Positions 1 through 10,297 of a stretch of DNA of 57,261 bases are shown here, in pieces. Made by a program: the position numbers and the translations under genes. Location of the stretch: contig CAZLAW010000001.1 of NCBI GenBank assembly GCA_964557625.1, positions 9,818 through 67,078 of the forward strand, in the 5' to 3' direction. The notes under the pieces were generated by a model. It had not been told where the DNA came from, made no database searches, and was given only the letters and a program-made list of their open reading frames with translations. Source of the stretch: an uncultured Marinicella sp. Lineage in GTDB: Bacteria > Pseudomonadota > Gammaproteobacteria > Xanthomonadales > Marinicellaceae. Each line of letters opens with the position of its first letter. Positions within the stretch are counted from its first letter, which is position 1.

Positions 1-32
1 AGCTCAATTAAGGTAAACCCTCTGACTTTCAT
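1..32 (-). CDS. 5' end of a type IV prepilin-like gene (FimT/FimU/PilE-like), truncated by the window edge
   Basis: Minus strand from ATG at 32 reads MKVRGFTLIEL, the G|FTLIE prepilin cleavage/methylation motif. Not in the ORF track. Minor pilin genes commonly follow ispH. Confidence 0.85.
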   Translation of the reverse strand, partial: MKVRGFTLIE

Positions 33-62
33 TGTATGCGCTCGCTGTTTTGACTTAAGTAC

Positions 63-90
63 ATGTTAATCATGTCTAAATTTTTGTCAA
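63..90 (-). promoter_or_regulatory. Putative sigma70 promoter of the prepilin gene
   Basis: TTGACA (85-90), 16-nt spacer, TAACAT (63-68). The -10 lies inside the palindrome ACATG-N5-CATGT (61-75). Confidence 0.4.
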
Positions 91-162
91 AACGCAAGAA
101 ACCATCAGCGGCTTCCGACCAATGGAATAAAAGAGCCGATAAACGGTTGGATGATTGATGTT

Positions 163-1116
163 TTAAGAAGTTTGAACCAACCTGAGCTCTTTCGGTAGGG
201 CAAAGACCATATTTTCCGGTTCGCCGTCTAAGGATTCAACTTTCAGACCGCTGTCGTGGGTTTTAAGCCAGGCAATCACATCTTTAACAAGTTTTTCCGG
301 GGCTGAGGCACCGGCAGTAAGACCAATGGTTTCAACATCGTTTAACCAGTCGGGATTAATGTGGCTGGCATCATCTATAAGATAGGACCGAACACCCTTG
401 CGTTCTGCCAGCTCTTTGAGTCTGTTTGAATTAGAACTATTAATACTGCCAACAACCAGCACTAAATCACAAAATTCGGTGAGTTCTTTGACCGCATTCT
501 GACGGTTTTGGGTGGCGTAGCAAATATCATCGTGCTTGGGGCCTTCGATGGCCGGGAATTTGTCTTGCAACGCTTTAATGATGTCTTTGGTGTCATCCAC
601 CGACAAGGTGGTTTGGGTGACGAAAGCCACTTTGTCAGGATTGTTAATGGTCAGTTCTTTAACTTCATCCACAGAGTCCACCAGATAAACCGTGCCCTGG
701 CCTTTGTGCTTATCCCACTGACCCAAAGTACCCTCAACTTCAGGATGACCATGGTGACCGATTAAAACCAAATCATAGCCTTGTTTACAATAGCGAAACA
801 CTTCGATATGAACTTTGGTGACCAGGGGGCAGGTGGCATCAAACACTTTTAAATCCCGTCGGCTGGCTTCTTCACGCACCGCTTTTGACACCCCATGGGC
901 TGAAAATATAACAATCTGATTGGGCGGAATTTCATCCAGTTCATCCACAAAAACCGCACCGCGATCGCGCAGTTTTTCCACCACATATTGGTTATGCACC
1001 ACTTCATGGCGCACATAAATCGGCGCACCAAACGAGTCCAATGCGCGATTAACAATATCAATGGCACGGTCCACACCGGCACAAAATCCGCGCGGGTTAG
1101 CCAGAAGTACTTTCAT
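163..1116 (-). CDS. ispH: 4-hydroxy-3-methylbut-2-enyl diphosphate reductase
   Basis: [28 protein letters not shown] and TAGASAPE motifs. Start moved to ATG 1116 ([10 protein letters not shown]). Confidence 0.97.
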   Translation of the reverse strand: MKVLLANPRGFCAGVDRAIDIVNRALDSFGAPIYVRHEVVHNQYVVEKLRDRGAVFVDELDEIPPNQIVIFSAHGVSKAVREEASRRDLKVFDATCPLVTKVHIEVFRYCKQGYDLVLIGHHGHPEVEGTLGQWDKHKGQGTVYLVDSVDEVKELTINNPDKVAFVTQTTLSVDDTKDIIKALQDKFPAIEGPKHDDICYATQNRQNAVKELTEFCDLVLVVGSINSSNSNRLKELAERKGVRSYLIDDASHINPDWLNDVETIGLTAGASAPEKLVKDVIAWLKTHDSGLKVESLDGEPENMVFALPKELRLVQTS

Positions 1117-1603
1117 TGTGTTCTTTGTCCTGCTTTCTAAAGAGCGTATCAATTATTAACAACACCGCACCCACAGTAATGGCTGAATCGGCAACATTAA
1201 AGGCCGGCCAATAATAATCATTGTAGTGCAGTTGAATAAAATCCACCACATAGCCTAACACAGCCCGGTCATAAATATTACCAAAAGCGCCACCAATCAC
1301 CAAAGCCAGAGATATATTGTGTAATCGGTATCGCCGCGGGCTGTTGAATAACCAGATGAGCAACCAAATGACAATAACCGAGGCCATAATCAAGATAAAC
1401 CAGCGTTGCCAACCGGGCTGATTGGCCAACAGACTAAAAGCAATCCCTTCATTATGCAATAAGGTCCAGTTTAAAAATCTGTTAACCTTTTGAGGCACAT
1501 ACAAAGTCAATGCCTCAGTGGCCACGTATTTCGTCAGCTGGTCTACTATAAAGACAACCGCTGATAACCATAACCAAATCAGACCCCGATCACGAAAACG
1601 CAT
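1097..1603 (-). CDS. lspA: Lipoprotein signal peptidase II
   Basis: DQLTK, N.G.AFS, GNIYDR, VVDFI and FNVAD motifs; ileS-lspA synteny. Confidence 0.97.
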   Translation of the reverse strand: MRFRDRGLIWLWLSAVVFIVDQLTKYVATEALTLYVPQKVNRFLNWTLLHNEGIAFSLLANQPGWQRWFILIMASVIVIWLLIWLFNSPRRYRLHNISLALVIGGAFGNIYDRAVLGYVVDFIQLHYNDYYWPAFNVADSAITVGAVLLIIDTLFRKQDKEHNESTSG

Positions 1604-4401
1604 TATGCCACCCGCCTCTTTTCGCCGGTGCCTTCAATATTAATGACACAGCGGTGACATAATGTCGGGTGCTTACTATCCTGGCCGACGCTGTCCTGAA
1701 TATGCCAACAGCGTTCACATTTGTTGCCTTGCGCCTGAGTTGCTTCAATGCAAAGCGCATGATTTTCCAGGGATACCGTGTCTTGGTCAGTATCAGTTAG
1801 AGGTGATAATGTTGCTTTTGAGGTAATCAGGACAAATCGCAATTCATCGGCAAAAGGTGCCAGTTGTTTGTGTAATTCATCATCCACATAGATGGTCACA
1901 TCGGCGTCCAGCGAACCGCCTATCTGGCCGGCCACCCGCAATTGTTCAAGTTCTTTGGACACCAATTTTCGCACCTCAGCCATTAATTGCCACTGAGCCA
2001 AACTTATGGCACTGTGGCTGCCGGCTTTTGGAAAATCATACCATTGCTCAAACAAAATATGGCGTTCATGACCCATGGCCTGCCAGATTTCATTGGCAGT
2101 AAAAGTCACAATCGGTGCCAACAGCCGCACCAATGCATGGAGAATATGGTGCATCACGGTTTGCGCCGAGCGCCGAGCCTGGCCATCGGTTTGTGCGGTG
2201 TAAAGCCGGTCTTTAATCACATCCAGATAAAACGCGCCCATATCCTGGGAGCAAAAGTGATGGATTTTCTGAAACACATGATGCAGTTGATAGTCATCAT
2301 AATGTTTTAAGACCTGAGACTGTAAATCCTGCATCCGTTGTAAAGCCCATAAATCAATGGCCAAACAATCACTTAGATCAATCGCATCTTTGGCTTCAAA
2401 ATCATTCAGATTACCCAACATAAAACGGGCGGTGTTGCGAATACGGCGGTAACCGTCCGCGGCCCGATCCAGAATTTCATCGGAAATGGTCATCTCACCG
2501 CGGTAATCGGCCGAGGCCACCCATAAACGCAAGATATCAGCACCGTATTTATTCATGACGTCCACCGGTGACACCACATTGCCCAGCGACTTAGACATTT
2601 TCTTGCCATCTTTGTCCACCACAAAACCGTGGGTCAACACCTCTTTATAAGGTGCCCGGTCATTGATGGCGACGCCGGTTAATAACGAGGAATGAAACCA
2701 GCCGCGGTGTTGATCAGAGCCTTCAAGGTATAAATCCGCCGGTTCACGCAGGTTTTCGCGGGCTTTTAATACACAATAATGGGTGACGCCTGAATCAAAC
2801 CATACATCCAATACATCAGTGACCTTTTCATAGTCATCCACCGCATCGCCCAGTAATTGCGCATCATCCAAGTCAAACCAGACATCCATGCCTTTTTGTT
2901 CAAACAAATCAGCCACTTTTGACATAATCTTTTGTGTGTCCGGATGTAATTGACCGGTTTGTTTATGCACATAAAAAGGAATCGGCACACCCCAGGTGCG
3001 CTGACGCGAAATACACCATTCGGGCCGATTTTCGATCATGCCGTAAATGCGCTCCTTACCCCAGTCGGGAATCCATTTAACCTGTTCGATTTCGCTTAAA
3101 GCCCGCTTTCGCAGTTGTTGTTTATCCATGCTGATAAACCATTGCGGCGTGGTACGAAACGCGGTCGGACTCTTGTGCCGCCAGCAATGCGGATAACTGT
3201 GTTGAATACTTTCATGATGCAACAACTGGCCGCTTTTTTCTAAAGCTGTGACTATGGTTTTATTGGCTTCCCAGACATGTTGACCATCAAACATCGGGGT
3301 GTCCGCCAGATAATAACCCTGGGCGTCCACCGGATTGTATATTTCCAGGTTATATTGCTGACCAATCAAAAAGTCATCAGCACCATGACCGGGCGCTGTA
3401 TGCACCGCACCGGTACCGGCTTCGGTGGTCACATGCTCGCCTAAGGTCACCGGTATTTGCAAATCAAATAACGGATGTTGTAGTTGAATGTTTTCCAAAT
3501 CACGTCCCATGACAGTGGCGGCCACATGAAATTCACCCACCTCATAACGTGCCATCACCTCAGCCATCATGTCTTCAGCGATCAGCAAAATAAATTTTTC
3601 ATGACCGGTTACCACCGCATATGCTAAATCCGGGTGCAATGACACCGCCCGGTTAGCCGGAATGGTCCAGGGTGTGGTGGTCCAGATCGGAATGGCCAGA
3701 GGCAAATCAGAATCCGGCAGATTAATCACATCGGCAATACGCTGATCAACCACCGTAAAAGCCACATCAATCGCCGGCGAGGTTTTGTCCATATATTCAA
3801 TTTCCGCTTCAGCCAACGCCGAGCCACAATCAAAACACCAGTTCACCGGTTTCACACCTTTTTCCACATGACCATGGGCCACGATTTCTGCCAGCGCCCG
3901 CACCATGTCTGCTTCATATTGAAATGATTTGGTCATATAAGGCGTGTCCCATTCACCCATCACGCCCAGCCGTTTAAAATCTTTTTTCTGAATGTCTATT
4001 TGAGTGTCGGCATAATTGCGACATTTTTCACGAAAAGTTTTGGCATCCACTTTTTGACCGACTTTGCCGATCTTTTTTTCCACCTGAACTTCTATCGGTA
4101 AACCGTGACAGTCCCAACCGGGCACATATGGGGCTTTAAAACCCGACATGGTTTTGGACTTCACCACCACATCTTTCAGAACCTTGTTAACCGCATGGCC
4201 CATATGAATGGCACCATTGGCATACGGCGGGCCGTCATGCAACACAAACAATGGGCGATCCTGACAATGTGCCTGTAAAGCTTCATACAGCTTTTCCTTA
4301 TCCCACTGCTTAATCCACTGCGGTTCTTTGGTGGCCAGTGATGCCTTCATTTTAAAATTGGTTTTGGGTAAATTGAGCGTATTTTTATAATCTTGGCTCA
4401 C
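1603..4401 (-). CDS. ileS: Isoleucyl-tRNA synthetase
   Basis: [18 protein letters not shown] and C-terminal CERC..CHRC zinc finger. Start placed at GTG 4401 behind AGGAG. Confidence 0.98.
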   Translation of the reverse strand: MSQDYKNTLNLPKTNFKMKASLATKEPQWIKQWDKEKLYEALQAHCQDRPLFVLHDGPPYANGAIHMGHAVNKVLKDVVVKSKTMSGFKAPYVPGWDCHGLPIEVQVEKKIGKVGQKVDAKTFREKCRNYADTQIDIQKKDFKRLGVMGEWDTPYMTKSFQYEADMVRALAEIVAHGHVEKGVKPVNWCFDCGSALAEAEIEYMDKTSPAIDVAFTVVDQRIADVINLPDSDLPLAIPIWTTTPWTIPANRAVSLHPDLAYAVVTGHEKFILLIAEDMMAEVMARYEVGEFHVAATVMGRDLENIQLQHPLFDLQIPVTLGEHVTTEAGTGAVHTAPGHGADDFLIGQQYNLEIYNPVDAQGYYLADTPMFDGQHVWEANKTIVTALEKSGQLLHHESIQHSYPHCWRHKSPTAFRTTPQWFISMDKQQLRKRALSEIEQVKWIPDWGKERIYGMIENRPEWCISRQRTWGVPIPFYVHKQTGQLHPDTQKIMSKVADLFEQKGMDVWFDLDDAQLLGDAVDDYEKVTDVLDVWFDSGVTHYCVLKARENLREPADLYLEGSDQHRGWFHSSLLTGVAINDRAPYKEVLTHGFVVDKDGKKMSKSLGNVVSPVDVMNKYGADILRLWVASADYRGEMTISDEILDRAADGYRRIRNTARFMLGNLNDFEAKDAIDLSDCLAIDLWALQRMQDLQSQVLKHYDDYQLHHVFQKIHHFCSQDMGAFYLDVIKDRLYTAQTDGQARRSAQTVMHHILHALVRLLAPIVTFTANEIWQAMGHERHILFEQWYDFPKAGSHSAISLAQWQLMAEVRKLVSKELEQLRVAGQIGGSLDADVTIYVDDELHKQLAPFADELRFVLITSKATLSPLTDTDQDTVSLENHALCIEATQAQGNKCERCWHIQDSVGQDSKHPTLCHRCVINIEGTGEKRRVA

Positions 4402-5335
4402 AGATTTCTCCTGTATGTTCGGCAAAAAATTGTTGGGTTTGTTGCACATCATCTTCGATGGCTGCGCGTAAGGCACATAGACTGTCAAATTCTACTTCAT
4501 TTCGCAACTTTTTATAAAACAAAACTTCAACAGAATGTCCATAAACATCGGCATCAAAGTTCAAAACAAACACCTCCAGGCGCTTGGCATTACCGCCGAC
4601 AGTGGGGTTATAACCCACCGAAGCCACGCCTTGGTGCCATTGTCCGGTAATTTTTATCTTGACCACATACACACCATGCAAGGGGTTACCGCCTTTATTC
4701 AAAGCGATGTTTAGGGTCGGATATCCCAAACTGCGGCCCAATTTTCGACCATGCCCCACCCGCCCGATCATTGTATAGTCGCGACCTAAGGCTTGTTTGA
4801 CTGGTTTAAATTCACCGGCCGCTAACCAAGAACGTATCTGTGTGGAACTGATGCGACCGTGCTGATTACTTATTGGCGGCATAACGTCAATATGAATGCC
4901 ATTGGCTCGCCCCCAGGCGGATAAAAACGCCACATCACCTGCCCGGTTGGCGCCAAATTTGAAATCATGACCCACCACAATATGTTTGGCCTGCAAGCCC
5001 AAATCAAGAATCCCTTCACAGAATTGAGTGGCGCTTCGCTGCGCCAGATGCCGGTTAAAATTCAACATACACAACACATCCACACCCAATTGCTGAATTA
5101 AACGGGTCTTTTGTTTAAACGGTGTAATAAGATCCACTTGGAAGCGGCCTTTAAAGTACTGTAAGGGTAAAGGCTCCATGGTCACCACCACCGACTGCAG
5201 CGATTGTGTCTTGGCCGCTGTTAAGGCGCGTTTGATTAAAGCCTGATGGCCTTTGTGAACCCCGTCGAAATTACCGATGGTCACAGCTGACGGCTTTGAC
5301 AGGGGATTGTATTGCGGATAACGAATAATTTTCAT
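4385..5335 (-). CDS. ribF: Bifunctional riboflavin kinase/FAD synthetase
   Basis: [25 protein letters not shown]. Confidence 0.97.
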   Translation of the reverse strand: MKIIRYPQYNPLSKPSAVTIGNFDGVHKGHQALIKRALTAAKTQSLQSVVVTMEPLPLQYFKGRFQVDLITPFKQKTRLIQQLGVDVLCMLNFNRHLAQRSATQFCEGILDLGLQAKHIVVGHDFKFGANRAGDVAFLSAWGRANGIHIDVMPPISNQHGRISSTQIRSWLAAGEFKPVKQALGRDYTMIGRVGHGRKLGRSLGYPTLNIALNKGGNPLHGVYVVKIKITGQWHQGVASVGYNPTVGGNAKRLEVFVLNFDADVYGHSVEVLFYKKLRNEVEFDSLCALRAAIEDDVQQTQQFFAEHTGEICEPRL

Positions 5336-6900
5336 AGCAGCCTTTTATGGGCTTTTAACAGCCATAAAACCAGAAAATAGACCATCGCACCTGCAGCAAT
5401 CATTAACAGCAAATGGCCAAACCGCTGATACCACAGCCACTGGATCCAATCACCCGTACGCTGTGGCAGCAACCATAAAGTCACCGCCATCACCACCACG
5501 GCAACCACTAATTTAAGCAACAAATCAGGCGCCAGCAGTCTATTGGTGATGATGCCATTTTGCTTTAATCGCTGATACAACCAATAACACTGCAACCAGG
5601 CCGAGCCGACACCGGCCATAGCCAGCCCCATGTGTAAAGACACCACATCCATGGCATACAACAGCGCCACGAAAACAACATTCAGAACCACATTCACCAA
5701 CATGGCTTTCACCGCAATCCGAACCGCTGATTTCGGGTCTTTGCGGGCATAAAAGGCCGGCAGCAGTATTTTAATGGCGATAAAAGCCGGTAAACCCAGC
5801 ATATAAACCATTAAACTGTAGGAGGTGTACAAAGCATCTTGTGGGGTGAATTTATTGTAGGTAAAGAGAGTATAAACCACCGGTTTGGCCAACACAAACA
5901 AACCCACCGCCGAAGGTATCGCCACCAGCATCGCCAGCGACATGCCCCATTGCATGGTTCTTTGATAATCATCGTTGTCTTTGGCGGCGAATGCCTGTGA
6001 TAATTTAGGCAGAATAACCGTAGAAATGGCAATACCAAACAAACCCAGTGGAAACTCCATCAAACGATCAGAAAAATACAAAAATGAAATACTGGCTGCT
6101 AATGGCAACATCGAAGCAATTAAAGTGTCGACCAATAAATTAATTTGTGCCACCGAAGAGGCAAATAAGGTCGGAAGCATTAATTTCATCACTTTTTTAA
6201 CTTCCGGATCATGAATTTTGAGTACCGGAACCGGCACCACACCCAAGCGTATAAGTGCTGGAATTTGTACCAGAAGCTGCACAACACCGGCTGCCAGAAC
6301 GCCCCAGGCCAACGCCACCACCGGCACATCAAAACCATCGCGAAAATAAACGGCCGCCACAATCAAACAGGCATTTAACAAGATGGGCGTAGCCGCCGGC
6401 ACCGCAAACCGGTTAAAACTGTTTAATATTCCGGCAGAAAAAGCCACCAGCGAAATCAACAATAAATACGGCAAAGTGATGCGCAGCATGGTGACTGTCG
6501 ATTCAAAAACCTCTGCAGGTTCATCCAGCAACCCCGGTGCAAATACACTAATAACACCGGGCGCCAACAATTCCATCAATGCCACCACCACCAGTAAAGC
6601 CGCCAACAAAGCACCCAATACATGATTGATATAGGCCTTTAAATACGCTTCACTTTGCTGCGTCTTAATCTCATTGAGTACCGGCACAAAGGCCAAAGAA
6701 AAGGACCCTTCGGCAAATAAGCGGCGCATAAAATTGGGGATCCGAAAGGCCACCAGAAAAGCATCGGTCCAGACCGTGGCACCAAAAAATCGCGCCACCA
6801 AAACATCCCTGGCAAACCCGGACAGCCGGGATAATAATGTAAAAAAACTGACGACCCCCGTCGATTTAGCTAACCCGGATTTTTTATCAGTACGGATCAT
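5332..6900 (-). CDS. murJ: Lipid II flippase MurJ/MviN
   Basis: LSRLSGFARD, AFRIPNFMRRLFAEG; polytopic membrane protein; rpsT/murJ/ribF synteny. Confidence 0.96.
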   Translation of the reverse strand: MIRTDKKSGLAKSTGVVSFFTLLSRLSGFARDVLVARFFGATVWTDAFLVAFRIPNFMRRLFAEGSFSLAFVPVLNEIKTQQSEAYLKAYINHVLGALLAALLVVVALMELLAPGVISVFAPGLLDEPAEVFESTVTMLRITLPYLLLISLVAFSAGILNSFNRFAVPAATPILLNACLIVAAVYFRDGFDVPVVALAWGVLAAGVVQLLVQIPALIRLGVVPVPVLKIHDPEVKKVMKLMLPTLFASSVAQINLLVDTLIASMLPLAASISFLYFSDRLMEFPLGLFGIAISTVILPKLSQAFAAKDNDDYQRTMQWGMSLAMLVAIPSAVGLFVLAKPVVYTLFTYNKFTPQDALYTSYSLMVYMLGLPAFIAIKILLPAFYARKDPKSAVRIAVKAMLVNVVLNVVFVALLYAMDVVSLHMGLAMAGVGSAWLQCYWLYQRLKQNGIITNRLLAPDLLLKLVVAVVVMAVTLWLLPQRTGDWIQWLWYQRFGHLLLMIAAGAMVYFLVLWLLKAHKRLL

Positions 6901-7142
6901 ATTGATTGATTTTTCCTATGCACCACAAAAGTGTATACTAATTTTACTCAAATATTTAAAACTGACCACCAAGCTAAACAGTTTTCGCGGAAACTGACTT
7001 TTTAACTTATTCAAAATCACATAAACCATAGCTGATCTATCGACTTCGTGAAATTTGAATAATTTTCTTCATTATTTTTCACGAAAATTCTATTGACCCA
7101 TGAAGTATTCGGGTTATTTCATCCAATTAAACTTGTCAGTCG

Positions 7143-7177
7143 TTGACTATTTATAAAAAAAATGGGAAAATGCGCCG
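7143..7177 (+). promoter_or_regulatory. Putative stringently controlled sigma70 promoter of rpsT
   Basis: TTGACT-N17-GAAAAT with extended -10 TG and GC-rich discriminator GCGCCG. Confidence 0.6.
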
Positions 7178-7211
7178 TTTTTTAAAACCCATATTAGTCA
7201 GGAGAACTGTT

Positions 7212-7475
7212 TTGGCCAATTCAGCATCTGCAAGAAAACGCATTCGACAAGCTGCAAAAAATCGACAGCTTAACATGAGCCAACGCTCTAAAGCACGCAC
7301 CAAAATTAAAAATGTAATCGCTGCCATTGAAGCCGGCGACAAAGAGCAAGCCCAAAAGTTATACAACGAAATGGTGCCTGTGGTTGACAGCGTTGCCCGT
7401 AAAGGACTTTATCATAAAAATAAAATCGCCCGCCATAAAAGTCGTCTTAACGCCAAAATCAAAGCCATGTCCTAA
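7212..7475 (+). CDS. rpsT: 30S ribosomal protein S20
   Basis: (M)ANSASARKRIRQ...HKNKIARHKSRL; TTG start at 7212 behind AGGAG, as with the UUG start of E. coli rpsT. Confidence 0.97.
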   Translation: MANSASARKRIRQAAKNRQLNMSQRSKARTKIKNVIAAIEAGDKEQAQKLYNEMVPVVDSVARKGLYHKNKIARHKSRLNAKIKAMS

Positions 7476-7492
7476 CACGTCATATTAACCAT

Positions 7493-7531
7493 AAAAACCC
7501 GGCTTCAACGTGTTTGACAGCCGGGTTTTTT
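7493..7531 (+). terminator. Rho-independent terminator after rpsT
   Basis: AAAAACCCGGCT...AGCCGGGTTTTTT. Confidence 0.85.
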
Positions 7532-7582
7532 GATTGTAACGAACTCAGGGCTGACAAAAATTGTCAGTTTTTGGGTTTTTTT

Positions 7583-7624
7583 TGTGAATTGTGTCACTAT
7601 AACTGAATAAACTTGTGCTAAAAT
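7583..7624 (+). promoter_or_regulatory. CRP/Clp/Vfr-like site plus extended -10 (class II-like geometry)
   Basis: TGTGA-N6-TCACT (7583-7598), 20 nt upstream of TAAAAT (7619-7624), which is preceded by TGn. Confidence 0.55.
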
Positions 7625-7656
7625 CACGAAAGGTATAATCTTTAAAGGTTAGCATT

Positions 7657-8955
7657 ATGGGCATAGAAAAAGAAAAAATATCCGTCAAGTATCTCAAGGT
7701 CGGCATGTACGTCTGCAAATTAGACCGTTCATGGCTGGATACACCGTTCCCTTTCCAGGGTTTTTATATTCGCAGCCAGAGTGAGATAAAAGACCTCAAG
7801 GCTTTTTGCGAATATGTCTATATTGATGTGGTCAAAGGCAAGTCTTTGGTGGCAGAACCTGAGATTTCAAAACCCTCGCCGCTATTGCGCAAAAAAGATA
7901 AAAGCCACAAATACCGCAGTCGCACCGAACCCCTGGTCATCAAACACGATTATTACACCACGCAATTAAAGCCCATAAAGCGTGAATTTAGCCGCGCCCA
8001 TTCCTTGATGATTGACTTAAACAGTGCGGTTGAAGAAACCAGTTTTAACTTACGTGTCGGCAAACGCCTTGACATCAAAAAAACCAAACAAATCGCATCA
8101 CAGGTGGTTAATTCGGTTATTCGCAATCCCAATACCCTGGTGTGGCTAACCCAATTAAAAGAAAAAGGTCAGTATGTTTATGGCCATTCATTGCGCTCAG
8201 CGATTCTTGCGGCTGTTTTTGGTCGCCACCTTGGTATTGCTGAAGAAAAACTCGAAACCCTGGTTACCGGCGTGTTGTTGGCTGATATCGGTAAAACCAA
8301 AATCAGTCGAAAATTATTGAATAAAAAAGACAGCTACACAGAAAACGAACGCAAAATTTTCGAATCCCATGTTGAACTCGGCGTTGAAATTTTGGCCAAA
8401 GACAAAAGCATCCCCCATGATGTCTTGACCATTGCCGAAACCCACCACGAACGGTTTGACGGCAGTGGTTATCCCTACGGTCTGGTTGGTGATGAAATTC
8501 CTGCGATGGGTCAGATTGCCGGTATTGTCGATACTTTCGATGCCATGACCAGTAAAAAACCCTATGGCAAAGTGTATTCATCCTCGCAAGCGATGGAGTG
8601 GCTGTTTAAACAAAAAAACAAACTGTTCAGTGCCCAACTGGTGGATGAGTTTATTCAAGCCATTGGTCTGTACCCTGCCGGTTCACCGGTCCAACTGTCC
8701 GATGGTTCGGTTGGTTTAGTGCTGTCACATAACAAACAAAAACGCTTAAAACCGGAAATTCTGTTAATCCGTAATGCCCAAAATAAAGTGCTTGAAAAAC
8801 CACGGTTTATCGATCTATCCAAAAAACCACCGTTTTCCAACAAGGAACGTCCATGCATAACCGGGGCATTAAGCATGTCTCAACTGGGTGTTGATGTGGA
8901 TCACGTGTTAGAAAACTTTAACGCGCCCAATGTGGTGCAACGTATGTTTGCTTAA
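7657..8955 (+). CDS. DUF3391 + HD-GYP domain protein with degenerate HD motif (AD-GYP)
   Basis: N-terminal LKVGMYV..LDRSWLDTPFPFQGF; HHERFDGSGYP; LLADIGK in place of LLHDIGK. Confidence 0.88.
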   Translation: MGIEKEKISVKYLKVGMYVCKLDRSWLDTPFPFQGFYIRSQSEIKDLKAFCEYVYIDVVKGKSLVAEPEISKPSPLLRKKDKSHKYRSRTEPLVIKHDYYTTQLKPIKREFSRAHSLMIDLNSAVEETSFNLRVGKRLDIKKTKQIASQVVNSVIRNPNTLVWLTQLKEKGQYVYGHSLRSAILAAVFGRHLGIAEEKLETLVTGVLLADIGKTKISRKLLNKKDSYTENERKIFESHVELGVEILAKDKSIPHDVLTIAETHHERFDGSGYPYGLVGDEIPAMGQIAGIVDTFDAMTSKKPYGKVYSSSQAMEWLFKQKNKLFSAQLVDEFIQAIGLYPAGSPVQLSDGSVGLVLSHNKQKRLKPEILLIRNAQNKVLEKPRFIDLSKKPPFSNKERPCITGALSMSQLGVDVDHVLENFNAPNVVQRMFA

Positions 8956-8983
8956 TCGCACCGATTGGCAACCGCCCTCACCG

Positions 8984-9026
8984 AAAACCTTGCTATAATA
9001 CTGCGATTTTATAGCAAGGTTTTTTT
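8984..9026 (+). terminator. Perfect 15-bp inverted repeat plus U tract, containing the putative thyA promoter and RBS
   Basis: AAAACCTTGCTATAA-N10-TTATAGCAAGGTTTT(TTT) directly before ATG 9027; TGcTATAAT at 8991-8999. Confidence 0.7.
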
Positions 9027-9821
9027 ATGCGCGCTTATTTAGATTTTGCCCGCCATATCCTCGAAAACGGTCATTTAAAACAAGATCGTACGGGTACCGG
9101 CACACTCAGTGTATTCGGCTACCAGATGCGATTTAATCTGGCCGATGGTTTTCCCTTGCTGACCACCAAAAAACTACACATTAAATCCATCATTTACGAA
9201 TTGTTGTGGTTTTTGAAAGGCGATACCAACATCCGGTACTTAAAGGAGCACGGGGTCAGAATTTGGGATGAATGGGCCGATGAAACCGGTGATTTAGGTC
9301 CTGTTTATGGCCACCAATGGCGTTCATGGCCGGACGGTGACGGTGGTCAGATTGATCAAATAAGCCAACTTATTGAAGGATTAAAAAACAACCCCAATTC
9401 GCGGCGCCATATTGTCAGCGCCTGGAACGTGGCGGATGTTAGTCAGATTGCACTGCCACCATGTCATTGTTTATTTCAGTTTTATGTGAATGAGGGCAAA
9501 CTCTCTTGCCAACTCTATCAACGCAGTGCCGATGTGTTTTTAGGGGTGCCTTTTAATATCGCTTCCTATGCCCTGCTGACACATATGGTGGCGCAGGTTT
9601 GTGGTTTTGAGGTCGGTGATTTTGTGCACAGCTTTGGCGATGCCCATATTTACCTGAATCACCGCGAACAGGTGCAACAACAACTTGAGCGTGCACCTTA
9701 TCCACCACCTCAACTACACATTAATTCAGACGTGACCGATATATTCAGTTTTGACTATGATGATTTTGAAATTATTAACTACCGGGCCCATCCGCACATT
9801 AAAGGTCAGGTGGCGGTATGA
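9027..9821 (+). CDS. thyA: Thymidylate synthase
   Basis: [30 protein letters not shown]. Confidence 0.98.
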   Translation: MRAYLDFARHILENGHLKQDRTGTGTLSVFGYQMRFNLADGFPLLTTKKLHIKSIIYELLWFLKGDTNIRYLKEHGVRIWDEWADETGDLGPVYGHQWRSWPDGDGGQIDQISQLIEGLKNNPNSRRHIVSAWNVADVSQIALPPCHCLFQFYVNEGKLSCQLYQRSADVFLGVPFNIASYALLTHMVAQVCGFEVGDFVHSFGDAHIYLNHREQVQQQLERAPYPPPQLHINSDVTDIFSFDYDDFEIINYRAHPHIKGQVAV

Positions 9822-10297
9822 GTTTCACCCTGGTGGCAGCCTGTGATCGTAACGGTCTGATTGGTGCTAAAAATGATTTACCGTGGTACCTGCCCGCGGA
9901 TTTAAAAATTTTTAAAAAAAACACCTTAAACAAACCCATCCTGATGGGCCGAAAAACCTGTGAATCACTTCAAAAACCTTTACCCAAACGGGTCAACTGG
10001 GTGTTAACCCGTCAACAAGGCTACCAACGTGATGGATTTAAAATTATTCACGATTGGCAACAATTACAATCTAAAAAAGAAGTTATGGTTATTGGTGGCG
10101 CCAAGATATTTGAACTGTTATTACCCGAAGCAGATACAATGATTATCACCCACATTGACGCTGAATTTGAAGGTGACACCTATTTTCCGGAAATAGACTG
10201 GTCAGACTGGCATATTGTGCATCAAACAGACCACCCCATTGATGAATCTAACCCCCATCACCCGTTTAAAGTTATCACTTATCAAAGATCAGGTTAA
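9818..10297 (+). CDS. folA: Dihydrofolate reductase
   Basis: IG..NDLPW.LPADL, MGRKT, LP.R.N, IGG, GDTYFP. Confidence 0.96.
   Translation: MSFTLVAACDRNGLIGAKNDLPWYLPADLKIFKKNTLNKPILMGRKTCESLQKPLPKRVNWVLTRQQGYQRDGFKIIHDWQQLQSKKEVMVIGGAKIFELLLPEADTMIITHIDAEFEGDTYFPEIDWSDWHIVHQTDHPIDESNPHHPFKVITYQRSG

Noticed and set aside
7143-7211. N-terminal extensions in the ORF track for rpsT (also ispH, ileS, dusB, lepA, fabF)
   Set aside because: Longest-ORF artefacts. Homology-consistent starts lie downstream, and the rpsT 'start' TTG is the promoter -35.
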